From: Girardia tigrina
Taxonomy: Eukaryota
Reading direction: 5' to 3'
DNA length: 50,969 bases
Assembly: GCA_001938485.1 (NCBI GenBank)
Contig: MQRK01220052.1
Coordinates: forward strand, 1-50,969
Below, piece after piece: positions 10,361-23,050 of this stretch; position 1 is the first letter of the stretch, and every line of letters starts with the position of its first letter. The notes under the pieces are model-generated. The model had not been told where the DNA came from. It saw only the letters and a program-made list of their open reading frames with translations, and made no database searches. The position numbers and the translations under genes are program-made.

Positions 10361-12797
10361 GAAATTAAAACCGGCAATAACGGTATTTTAACTATCCGAT
10401 ATTTGACATTCTCGTTCAAAGTGTAAATATAAATCTCTCGAATACAAAATGTGAAATGTCAAAATATAAAATAAATTTTCTTATCTTAAAAAAGGAAAAT
10501 CAACCAAAAATTATTTATTATTTAATTTAAAAATTATTCTTTAATCATGGAAAAAGTGAACAATATTTTATGTAAGTAATTTAAAACGATTGTTAAATAT
10601 TAAATTAATATCTTTCCTCTAGAAAACATAAAATATAATTTATGCAGGGAAACATTAAAATAAATTCATTTAAAGTTAGCAGACGAATTTATTTGAAAAC
10701 AATTTCTGTAACATAAATATGTCGAATTTGCGCTTTTTTTCTGTTTTATGTCCATTGAGACTATTTTGTTTGAGTAGAAGCAGTTTTATGTTCTGATTTT
10801 CGATAACGTCTTCTCCCACAAACCGCAATACATATTGCATCAGAAACAAATATTTCAACAAGAAACATAAAGTCTATAGCATAAATTTAAAAACTAACTT
10901 GTTTTCGTGTTTAATTTAAATTATATTATATTTGTAAAGATACTGAATCCAGTAATCTAGAGAATTCACTATCCTTACTAAATAAAACGAGATTTGGTAC
11001 AAACCAGAATAATTCACTATTTGGTTAACTATGAGGACAGATGAATTATTCTTTATATATTTTATGGTATTGCGAAGTTAATTTAACTATCTCGTTAAAT
11101 GAACTTCCCAAGCCTACAAAAAGATAACGAAACGAATTAACAGGTGCTTTAAAAAATATGTAATTAATCAACAACAACAAACTGTTTCATAACGTTACAA
11201 AAAAATTACGATCAAGTATTTCCGCGTCAACGACAACAATGACAGTTGATCCAAAAGAAATAAATGTTCGTCTTTGTTTAGTCTTTTGTAATGTTAATAA
11301 TTTGATAGGCCCCTGTTGATCTTGATTGAATACGGTTCTTAATTTGACTGACAGTAAATGGGTACAGGTCACTGTTGATTAATTTGCTCGAGTAATAATT
11401 CTGATATATTCTGATAATAATTCGGTATTTGAGGTAAGCAATCGTCGATAAGCAATTTGATCCGGATTTTTAATTTAATTAATTTGTTTCTTGAGTTTTA
11501 GATTTGCATTTGAATTTATTTAAATCCAAATGCAAATCAGGACAACAATTTTATTATGAAATAATATTGTAATATTGTTGTTGTCATCAGCCGACATAAA
11601 TGATGCCATACATGGGATTCTTGAAATATAAAATAAATATAAAAAATGTTCCGAGATGTTCCATGTTTTTCGCACAATATCCTAATGTTGAGGCAAAGTA
11701 TTTGTCGACCTTAGTGACATACGACACTGTCTTTTATTACAATAATTGATCGTTAATGTCTTTGAAGCTTTTAAGCATTTAGATGATGTTAACCCTTTCT
11801 TTACAGGATTTTTTTGGAAATATCTTTTGAGTTAATGTAATTTGAGACTAAAAATGATAAAATAATAAATCGAAACATTAAAATTGAAGTCTAGTGTACA
11901 AGATCATGAGGCACTCCATCACTCCGAATACAAAAAAATCCAAAAGCAAATATACAAAATAAGTATGGCACTACCTTATTGTCTTTTACTTCTTCGATTG
12001 TCATATTTACTATTTCTTTTGTTGCTGTTTGGTTTGTGTTTGTATTATCAGTTTGTACTGATTGTGATTATGTTTTTGTTATGAATTGAGTTGATTTGTT
12101 CGTTGATGAAGTGTCTCTCAAAAAAATACTCTTTTTTTGTGTGTGTAAGGCCTTTACAATATTTATTTTTAAATGGTAGTTATGTTAAATATTATTAATA
12201 ATCGATATTTAATAATTTTTTAAAACAAACAAAATTATGAAATAAAAATGAAAATGTTCTGTCTGAATGTTTTCCATAGAATTTCTGTAAAAATAATATT
12301 AAATATAAAATAATAGTTTACAGACCTCTTTTAAGACCCTTTCTATGTTAATCAACACGTCTTCAGTAATAAATATTATCATTTAGTTGTGCTCCAGTAA
12401 CACTCTGTAGCGATGTTTACGCAGACGGATGTTAAAGTATTAAAATTTCTAAATTAGAGTTTCATTTGTTAAATCAGTTAAAATTATTATATTTTCTTTT
12501 CTAGCTTAGTATTATGCATATTTAATCACAGAGAATGTACTTTCCCCGAATAGATTGTTCAAAAATATATCCGATATTTAAGACTTTCTTTATGGCTGAA
12601 TGAATATGTTTGTTACGCCTTTATGACGCTTTTCTTCACGAATCGGCAAATTTGACATTCATTTCGACTGTGCTGGTTTTGGGAATGAGAACAATTAGGT
12701 TCCTTTAGATGTTCAATACATTGGCTCTTAATTTTCTACTAAATATTCCGAATGAATCGTCATTCTAGTGATTGACTGTACTATTGTTCGATACATT

Positions 12798-14057
12798 GGG
12801 GTTATCCATAAATAACGTCATGCAAGAAAGGGAGGCGGAGCAGAATTTCGTGATTTGTGAAAGGTGACTTCACATCAAAGTGATGCACGAGCTTCATCCC
12901 CAAATTATTAGTATGCTTATTAGTTTTTATCATTAAGTTTACTGATGAAACAAACTAAACATCTTAAAAAACGAAGGATATACATGTATGTGTAATGGTT
13001 TACATTTTAGTGAAAAGTTTTATAAAAAATTAATTATTTTAGTACTTTACGAAATAATTAACATTTCTTTAAAAGACAAAGCCAAAATATATACCTGTTA
13101 GGGCTTAAATATGTCTAGTGATCAAAAGTGGTACGATATTCACGCGCGGACAAGCCAATAATTTGCACAGATAGTAAAATGCAGTGACAGTATGTGCTGT
13201 TCAAAACCAAGAAGCTCTTATTTAAGTGTGATAACAGAGAGATTTCTTCCTGTTCCTTTACCAGTTATTCAAACTAGCAAAGGTCTACGTATTCTAGAAA
13301 GGACAACAAACTGATAGTCTCATAAATTCCTTTCACTGTTTGTAGCACGAAGCTTGAAAGTGGACAAAATCCTTCCTCGCTCTTCAAATACTTATCGGTC
13401 GATTCCATATGACTTATACTGTCCGTCAATACAGTCCATACGTAGTGATAGGATTTGCAAGACATGTCATACATAATTTGTGTCATAAGTTTTTCTCCGT
13501 AATCATTCTGTTGCCCACAAGCCGGAATCAATTATTGTTTTACTCAAATGCGTCAGGCCACAGAGAGTCGCTGCACATTGTCAACGTGAACTAGTGGTTT
13601 TAATCGTGAACGAAAACAATGTAGAGAATATAGATTGGATAGATGAAGAAGGCCTTGATCTGAATGGTATCTCCACTCCACTGAATGAAGAGATTCGTGC
13701 TCTCCCTATTTATTCCGTGAAAGAGCATTTTGATTCGCCAAGGGAGAATTGAGAGGCATAAAATTTTGTGAATTAATTGTGGAATTATCTATGGAAAAAT
13801 AATGTATATTGTATTCCCAATTTTTCTTATTTTTATTTTTCTAATCGCTATAATCTTTTGATTTGATAATGAGACAGAATTTTCATATTAGTTTTGTGAC
13901 AAAAACGATACAAATACAAAAGGGAAATCTAAGGCGGGGGTTAGAGCTTTGTGACATCATATTTAATGCGGGGTCAGGTATTTTGTGACAAAATACGTTG
14001 AAGGGGAGGAAGATGGAAATCTGCTAAAATAGCGTGGCGTCATTTATGGACAGCTCT
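12798..14057 (+). mobile_element. Zator DNA transposon, internally deleted
   Basis: TIRs GGGGTTATCCATAAATAACGTCATGC / GCGTGGCGTCATTTATGGACAGCTCT, ATT on both flanks; HARTSQ*FAQIVKC..CC..RFLPVP and PYDLYCPSI..RICKTC relic at about 13120-13520. Confidence 0.7.
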
Positions 14058-15249
14058 ATTCCCATTTTTCCACAGAGACTTGCTAGTGGTAGCAGATTTG
14101 AAGCTCGGGCATTTTATGCTAGGTCCATTTTAAAAAATTTTTGTGAGATTTTTGAGATGGAGCATCCTTTTGATTAATCCATCAGTAAATCAAAAAAATT
14201 ATTTGTGTCACAAATTAATGTAATTTAAATTGTCAACAAGTTTTTTATTCAAATCATCATTGTAAAGCTCGGTATTATTTTTAAATGAAAATTCAGACAA
14301 TAAAAAGAATTAATTTGCATTCCCTAGTTTGTAAGTTCAATACTTAAGTTATTTTAAGAATCATAAATTTTCTGCTGATTATCTATTGATAGATCTTTAA
14401 ACGGCAAAGAATCTCCGACACTTCTACCTTGCTGAATTACCGATTTTCTGCTTCCATTAATTAAGTATTTTTTGCTCACTCACCGATTCTCTTTTGTCAA
14501 TTGACGCTCATTGTTTCTTTGAAAGAAATGGGAGCGAAAATGAAATAAGAAATGAAATAAAATAAATATAAAAATAAAATAAAATAAATAAAAAGTTTAA
14601 GGAAATTATATTTTTGTAAATATTTAAAATCACGAAAATGATTTTTTGATAAAATATGCGAAGGTTTAAAGTTTTTTTTGGAGAAAATAATATTAAATAA
14701 ATTGCACTATAGAATGAGTTTTAATTTATTAAAAAATATTTAAATTAATATAAATAAACAGAAATTTTGAATTAATTAAAATAATTTCGTTAACTTTTAA
14801 ATAATATTAAACATCTTTAAAATAAGGTACAGAAAAATGCGTTGTTTATAAAGGTAATATAAACAATTCAACCAATGTTTTCTAATGTACACAATGGTTA
14901 TACCAAAGGAAATGGTTTTTATAAGACAGAATGTCAATATTGAAACCTTTACTTTTAATAAATAAATAATTACTTAATTCACAAAGATAACACCAAATAT
15001 TTGGTAAATATAATTTTTCATGAACTACATATAATATCTATTAATTTAATTAATTTAAAATGAGTAAATTATAATCATTTCTTATTCTTTTAAATGCTTT
15101 TCTCTATTTATCAAATATTAATATTTTTATATTTGTGCTTTAAAGATTACTAAACTTTTATAATTCAACCTTTAAAGTTTTGATTAATAAAGTCACTAAT
15201 AAAAATTACTTTTCTTTTTTGAAGAAAAAGAAAATTCTCTGCAAGCGAA

Positions 15250-15490
15250 ATCAGGAAGATGAGTTTCCCTAGCCTCAAACACCCTCCTTATAGATTGATT
15301 TTATTTGTTCCTCCATCTCAAGAAACTCATACGAGGTAGATATTTCCTCTCAAAAACAGAATTAAAAGATGTTGTGTAAGAATTTTTTAAGAATCAACCC
15401 GCCAATTTCTATGAAAATGTCTTCTTGGAGCTGGTAAGACGCTTGGAAACATTTCTACAGCATTTAGGTCCTATATTGAAAATAAATACC
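15250..15490 (+). mobile_element. mariner transposase C-terminal relic
   Basis: LFLHLKKLIRGRYF..EFFKNQPANFYENVFLELVRR. Confidence 0.7.
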
Positions 15491-16007
15491 TATCCATACC
15501 CACCAATGCTGGTTTAAAGAATTATTCATGAGTCATGTTCTGTCCTACTTCATTCCGGGTATTTAAGGGGCGCACCACGTATGATCCCACAAATCCACAG
15601 AATATCAAAATATTAACAGTATGAGGTGCCAGCTGCCGGCACTAAACAGTATAAAATGAAAGTAATAAATATTATAAAATTGAAAATATATTTACTAATT
15701 TAGTCAATTGCAAAATTACTTTTGATCTCAAAGATTCTATACGAATCAATTATGATTTTTAGGCCAAGATAAATTAGATTTTACGAAAAAAATAATATTT
15801 ATTTTTCATTTTCCATTTCTAAAATCACGAGTATAAGTCTCAGTCTCTAAAAGGCTTCTTAAACCCCAATACATGCGGTGGGACACAACATCTTTAAATT
15901 TATTAATAAAATAAATAAAAATTGATAAAATAATAGTTATTTGAACGCTTGTTATACACATCAATTTTTACAAAATTTGATTTTTTTGAGAATGATAGTC
16001 TTAAAAT

Positions 16008-16292
16008 CAGAATGTTGTAAGTTTGTTGTTTGTATGCTGTTTAGATTTGTGACTCTCCTACTCAGATGGGATTGATATGTTATTTGATTAATTATTTGAA
16101 TCTAATGAAATTAATTTAATGATATTAAATTAAAGTACTAATAAATTAAAGTTTGATAATTATGAATTTTAATAATATTTTCAGTAAAGATTTTAACTTA
16201 TTAAATTTAATATATTTTAAAAAGTAATGTTTATTTAAAAAATTACATAATGTCTTTTTATCCAATAAAAATTATGAGAAATTAAAATGTAA
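16008..16292 (+). repeat. degenerate partial Gypsy LTR copy
   Basis: GT-rich tract followed by TTGTGACTCTCCTACTCAGATGG motif. Confidence 0.55.
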
Positions 16293-16294
16293 TA

Positions 16295-17026
16295 CAGGTA
16301 GTCGTCGACTTACGACCTATGCAACTTACGACCATTCGACTTTACGACCACAATCGCTAGCCGCGGCGTACGACAGTGCATACCAGGTTCCGGTAGCACT
16401 ACCATATATGAGTGTACCATTTCAACTTGATCTGGTCTGCAAACACTCCAGGCACCTCATGAGTTGTTTACAAGCAAAAAAATGAATTTATTTATTATAA
16501 TCATTATAAATTAAATGTTAATTACTTAATATTGATATTCATTTTTTCCTAATTTTAATTTAATTGTGAGTGTGAGAAACTAATAGTACAAGACGTATTT
16601 AAATTGGTTTAATAAATATCTGTCTTAGATATTTTTCATCAAATCCCTCCCCAGATGTCTACCAAGAGGAAGTTGTCTTTGTCTACGCCTCAGCCTGTCA
16701 AGAAGGAAAGAAAGGTCATCGATCTCGATACGAAAATGAATGTAAATAAGTAGTACGAAGGAGGAAAGAAAGTGAATGTGATCGCACGTGATATGAATTT
16801 ATCACACTCGACTGTGTCGACGATTTTGAAAGATAAAGAAAGAATTTGTGAAGCTGTGAAAGGTTCTGCACCCATGCGATCAACAGTTATAACAAAGCAA
16901 AGAAGCGGGCACATCCAGTTGTACCATTTGCACAGTACTGTACATATAGCCTACTCAACTTACGACCAAATCGTGTTACGACCGGTCTGTCGGAACCAAT
17001 TGTGGTCATAAGTCGACGACTACCTG
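16295..17026 (+). mobile_element. non-autonomous Tigger/pogo element with CENP-B/psq HTH fragment
   Basis: TIR CAGGTAGTCGTCGACTTACGACC at both ends, TA TSD; RKVIDLDTKM..IARDMNLSHSTVSTILKDKERI. Confidence 0.92.
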
Positions 17027-17306
17027 TATTAAAATTTCCCCATTTATTGATTTTTTCATATTTAAATATTTAATCAAAAACTATATTAATCAAAGAAAGA
17101 TGACCACTGAAAATTGTTGTGAAGAATCTGTTTGTGTTGTAAATAAATGTTTGCATTCAAATTATGATGTTGTTAATAATTTAATTTACTTAATTTAATA
17201 ATTTACTTAAACCCCTCAAGACCAACTATTTTTTTTGAAGATAAAGGATGAGTCAAGTGTGAACATTCAATGTGTAGCAATTTGTATCGAAATATTATTT
17301 TGTTAT

Positions 17307-17790
17307 TGTGAGGAATATTTTGGATGTTCGATGTTTTGCGTTCGAATGTTGAATGTTGATTTATAATTGTGTCTCTCCTACCCAGATGGATGATTGGTAT
17401 TTTAATTCTTATTATCTGAAAATATGTTAAGTTTAAATTTATTTCTAATTTAAAATAATTGTAAAATTTAAAATAAGTTAATTAATTTTATTTACAATTT
17501 TTAATAAATAAATCGAATTAATATTTTTTAAATAATTAATAATTATTTTAATTTTAATCCGATAAATTTTGTGTAAATATTTTAACAAATTATTTATATC
17601 ACAATTGGCTAAAAATAATAAGATTAAAGTCATTAATCAATTAGTTAGAATGCAATTGTACGAAAGCTTTGACAAAGATTGTCTTAAGGACATTCAAAAT
17701 TGTTGTGTTAATAAAAATATAAAAAGTCAAATTGGTGTTCTTAATAGTTATGATGTATTCCCAAGAATTAATATTTCGTGCAAGAACTCA
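17307..17790 (+). mobile_element. Gypsy LTR (TG...CA) followed by a degenerate tRNA-iMet PBS
   Basis: starts TGTGAGGAATATTTT like the PPT-adjacent LTR at 50901; ends CTCA followed by TGGTAGCA (17792-17799). Confidence 0.8.
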
Positions 17791-18519
17791 TTGGTAGCAT
17801 AATCTTTGTGGTAGTCCGAATTAACTTGGGGCTGGACCTTAAGAGGTTAATACATTTATAAATGTATGTTGTCTAAACATGTTTAATATCAAAACAATAT
17901 TTATTGAAAATTAAAACAAAGTTTCTTTAATTATTTTTTAAGTTAATAAAATATAAATAATAATTACTTTTTCCAGAAAAAATTCCAAATTTAATCTTTC
18001 AAAATTTTATGGATAAATTATTTTTGCTAGACAGGAAAATTATTTTTTTTACATTTTTAATGACACAATTAACGGGCAATTATTTGCGCGATTAATGAAG
18101 GAGAAGGATAAACAAGATTACTGGAAATCGTTGAACATATTAATTAAATAATAAGTTTATTTTAATTTTCATATTTTAAATATTTTATATTTTTCTCAAT
18201 ATAAACTTTTTTTAGATTAGAAAAAGTTATTAATTCCTAACATATTAATTAAAAAGAAGACTTATTAAGTAATATATTATTTTTTTAATAAATTAATTAA
18301 AATAAATAAAACATTATTAGAAATATATATCAGAAAAATACAATTGTAATTATTAAATTTGTTTTAAATTAAAACCTTATTAATGGTAATGAATAATTTA
18401 TTCCTTAAAAATTGTCTTTCTTTGAATAAAGGACATTTTAACATTTTGTTCAATATAATTGAACATTAATTGTACTATATTTCATTTTGTACTTCAAAAC
18501 AGAGGACTGGGTCATGACT

Positions 18520-18959
18520 GTTATTAAGAACACCGATTTGACTTTTCGTATTTTTATTAACACAACAATTTTGATTGTCCTTAAGACAATCTTTGTCAAA
18601 GCTTCCGTACGAGTGTATTCTAAACTAAATTGATGAATAAATTAATTCGTATTTTTTTAGCAAATAAAGAAATAAATAATTTATTTAAATATTTACTCAA
18701 AACTTATTGGATAGAAATTAAAATGATTATTAATTATTTAAAAAATATTAATTTGATTTATTTATTAAAAATTGTAAAAATTAATTAACTTTTTTAAAAT
18801 TTTAAAATTATTTTAAATTAAAAATAAATTTAAACATAACATATTTTTAGATAATAAGAATTAAAATATTAATGATCCATCTTGGTAGGAGAGACACAAT
18901 TCCAAATCAACATACACATTCAAACACAAAAACATCAAACATTTAAAATATTCCTCACA
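18520..18959 (-). mobile_element. Gypsy LTR, inverted copy
   Basis: colinear reverse complement of about 17307-17745. Confidence 0.85.
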
Positions 18960-19550
18960 CTTGTGAAGAACTATGGAAAGCTTTGCTGATGATTTTGTAA
19001 ATTGGTATATAAACTTCTATATGCTCTGATGACTTGATCAACCTATAAACTTGGTTGAGTTGTTATATGACACCAATGTTGATTGAAATTGAGGCTTTAG
19101 AAAGGTTTTAGGCTTTAGATTGATTGTGAAAGAATGAACTAAAAAACTTTATATATATTTGACAAAACATTGGCTCAACTTACAGTAAAGAGGATCTCTA
19201 AATAGTGTGAATTCGTTTGAATAACTGCTGATATTTTTTAACTTTTGATGTATCTAGTCTTAGCCTTTATGTAACTTTAAAATGGTATGGTATTAAAATT
19301 TATATTATATATTATATAAAAACAATTTTTTATTGAAGGAGGATGTGATTACACTTTTTAATATTGTTCTAGAAGAAAACTTAAATACAATTGATCTATG
19401 TTTTACATCTTCTTCTAAAAACAATTATATCACATGATAAAATAGAAAATGCAGTCGATGGCGGATGACTAGAATTCAGTTACCTCGATTTTCGTCTTTA
19501 GCTGAAGTTTTTCAAAGTCTTAAAATAATTGTCATCAAAAAGAATATGTA

Positions 19551-19634
19551 CAGTCAAATACGGATAACTCAAAATTCTGTTAACTTGAACATTTAAACCT
19601 GGCCCCACAGTTTCGACTTGTCCGTACTCGACTG
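19551..19634. mobile_element. tiny Tc1/pogo-type MITE
   Basis: CAGTCAAATACGGATAACTC / GACTTGTCCGTACTCGACTG imperfect TIRs, TA on the left. Confidence 0.6.
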
Positions 19635-19830
19635 AATATGAGATAAATTGTACTATTTATAAAAAATCAAACGGAAGGAGAAAAACAAGTTTTATAAGTA
19701 AATCTTAATGGAAAAAAAGAATTGTGACTTAAGAGATTAACGAATAAATAAGTTACTTTGCCAATAGAATACGCTTCAGCAAGAAGTAATTGAGATATTT
19801 TGATTCACTAATGGGAGAAGTAATTGAATA

Positions 19831-20187
19831 CAGAGCCGGAGTAAGAAAAAATTGCGCCCTGTGCGAAGTTCAAATCTGGCGCCACCAGTGCGAAAAAGAT
19901 TCACTACTACAAATTATGCCTTCAAAGAATTAAATTGACTTTGGACGTTCGTATTCACAGGCTCTATGACGCAGCATTGATGTTTAAGCCTTGCATCGCC
20001 TAGCTAAAAGAAAACATCAATTTATTCGGATAAATTCATGGATGCTTTGCCATTAAACAAAAAAGACTACTATAATTATTATTATAAAGTGATTAACCTA
20101 CAGAGATCTGATCAGTCAAAATTGGTCATTTTGCGATTTTGGCGCCCATGCGCCCGGTGCGGCCGCACCGCCCTCACTACGGCTCTG
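19831..20187. mobile_element. hAT MITE
   Basis: TIR CAGAGCCG(G/T)AGT, perfect 8-bp TSD ATTGAATA. Confidence 0.92.
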
Positions 20188-22446
20188 ATTGAATACTTCA
20201 AAACCGAAATTTATAAGTAACGAATTGAAACTTAATGGAAACTTTTGAAAGATAATATATTTCGGAATAGAGATTGACAAAAATTTTTAATGAGAGCCAA
20301 ATTATGATGAAAAAATTGAATTTCTGATCTAACATTTAGTGCAAAATAATTTAAACTCTAAATTTTGGTTAATTTTTTTTATTTTTTTTAAAGACAATAT
20401 ATATCATCTGTATTGAAAAATTATTTTTTAAAATATTTTATTTGTAAAATTTGTGATTACAAACTTTAAGAGAACTTTTAATTTGTGATAAAATATTTAT
20501 TTATTTATTTTTATAATAATTATAAAATATTTAAAATTTTACCAAAATCAAAAAATTAATTTTACAATATTTTATTTTTAATAAATAATTAAAATTTGTA
20601 AAATTATTTTACAAAATTAAAATAAAAATATTTTATGTATATCTTTATTTTCATTTAATTTAACATTATGATAATACTTTTAAATATTTTTCAAATGCTT
20701 TTAATTAACAGAAAATTGATAAAATAATATTTATTTTTCAAATTTTAATTATACATTTAACTTATAAAATTTCGTTTTATTTTTATTCTCAAATACACTG
20801 AAAATCAATTAAATTAAATTTTAATTTACAAATCGAAACAATAAATAAATCAAAAAAAAATAATATAATATAACAAAAAAAATTAATTATAAAAACTCAA
20901 AAAAAATATCATTGATTTCAAACTGAAAGAAAGATAATTAATTTAAACAACTTCATAATTAAATTATTTATTAAAAATTTAATAACTAAAAAATTAAAAG
21001 AAAAGAAAAAATTTTTTTTATTATTTTTCTTGAAAAAAAATTCTAATTCACTGACAATTCTAAATTTAATAAATATAATAATTGCAAATAGTTGTTATTA
21101 AAAAACATAATTTTTTTTTCTCTCTTCAAGAGCATTACAGAACAATAGAAAAAAATCAGATAAATGAACGAAAAATCGAAATAAATTTTATTAAAAATAA
21201 TTTAATTACATCTCATGCCAAAGTGGTGAGAATCTGTTTGGATGGCATCTAATTGCTGCTTCACACCTGATCTCCCCTGTTTGATAAAACAAAAAAATTT
21301 AATTTGATACGCATATGCGATTCTTCTAAATTTTCGAATTAACTACTAAAAATATCGAAATATTAATCAACTTAAAAACAATAAACTTTATTATATTTCA
21401 ATTTTCAATTATTTATTTTCAATATTATTTATTATTTTGTTTAAATCGAAACTCATTAGTCGGGGAGTATCAATGGATACATTTGGATTTTGTATCGAAA
21501 TAAATCTCTCAATAATTCAAGTCAGAAAATTGTTTTTCGAAAGTATTTTTTTATTGTTCATTCCATCGGGTTTTTTTAGGTTTTCCTTTTATTTTTTGAA
21601 TAAAATAAAACAATTTTGTTTAATTGAATTTTGTTGTGTGTTAATTTTATTTCGGAGGATTTTGTAGCGGTGAAAGTGGATTTAAGCGTGATAAAAGTGG
21701 AACCCAGGTGAACAATTTGGATTAATTAATTGTTGGGATTATAATCTCGGGTTTAATTTTGGGATTTGGGCGAGGATTATGAAGGGGAATTCGCTATTTA
21801 ATAACTATAAGTTTACGGAAATTATAACAATCATTCACGATAAATATAAGTAAAATAAAAAAAAAAATTCATATTTTATAATTTTACAAGAATTATTAAC
21901 GTAATTTTAGCAAAATATTTTTTATTATTTAAGATAATTAAAAAAAATATTTCTTAGATATTTTTATTATTTTTTTTAATTATTAATAATTAATTTTTAA
22001 TTAATTATTAATTAATTAAAAATCTTAAAAAATATAATGTAATTTTTAGCACTCCCAATTTAATAGTTGTTTTTTTTAAAAAAAAAGTAATTGAAGTCAC
22101 ATTTGACGTTGTTATAAATGCGTCACAACATATCTCTTTCATCCGATCTTCAGGTTACCCCGAAGATATGTAGCGGATTTGATTTATCTTTCAGACTGAT
22201 CCTCATTTATATTTTAAGAATGTTCAATTCAAATCAATCAAGATCCAAATTTCAGTCTCCAAGAGAATCAGAACAAAAAGTAAAACTAATTATATTTGTA
22301 CAAATTTGTTTTAAAATCGAAACATCATTCAATTGAAAAAATAAAATATTCAAATTCGTATATGAAATAAGGATTTAATTATTTCGTTTGATTCAAAACA
22401 AATTCATATTTAAAAACTTAAAGATTAAAATTTTCGTCTCCGAGAA

Positions 22447-23050
22447 TCAACAACCATTAACAACACTAGTCTTATTTTCAATACTATTATGTGATTTGTT
22501 GATGATGATCTGGTCCCACAGGTGCTTCTTAAGGTGGTTAAAAAGGAAAAAATCGGAGGGAGCGAAGTCGGGGCTATATGGTTGATGGAGGAGCAAATTG
22601 AGCCTACAAAGCTGAATTGTGGCGATTGAAACCCTAGATGGGAGCATCATCGTATACAAAATAGATATCACACACTCTACTCTTGTGATGTGCCTTCCTT
22701 GCTTGTTGCACGATGTTGGAGTAGTAAGAATTATTTTCCCATCGCTTTCAGCAAAGTCAGTCAGAATAATGTCATTAGCGTCCCAAAACATCGTCAGTAT
22801 GAGAACTTTTCTGTGGCATGCTGAGGACCACGTTTTCAGTTAGCTGCTTTCTCTTGGCAGTTTCCATTCTTGCAACTCTCTTTTAGATTCTGGGACATAA
22901 AAGGAGAATGTGGTCTCGTCCACAGTTATGATATTACCATTGAAGATGTCTACAAAATTGGTCCTGATCTGCAGATTCTCCAAGCAGCATTCCAAACGTC
23001 ATTGTCGCATTTCTACCGTTAAAAAGCGTAGCTTAAAACGGGACCATAGT
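22447..23050 (-). mobile_element. mariner (DD34D) transposase relic
   Basis: TVDETTFSFYVPESK, FWD, HQPYSPDFAPSDFFLFNHLKKHL. Confidence 0.9.

Noticed and set aside
12633-12680. Myosin switch-I-like SSRIGKFDIHFDCAGF
   Set aside because: About 16 aa only and lacks the preceding NxN; could be chance
15562-15898. Kolobok-like TTAA-flanked element
   Set aside because: The two candidate ends do not form convincing TIRs
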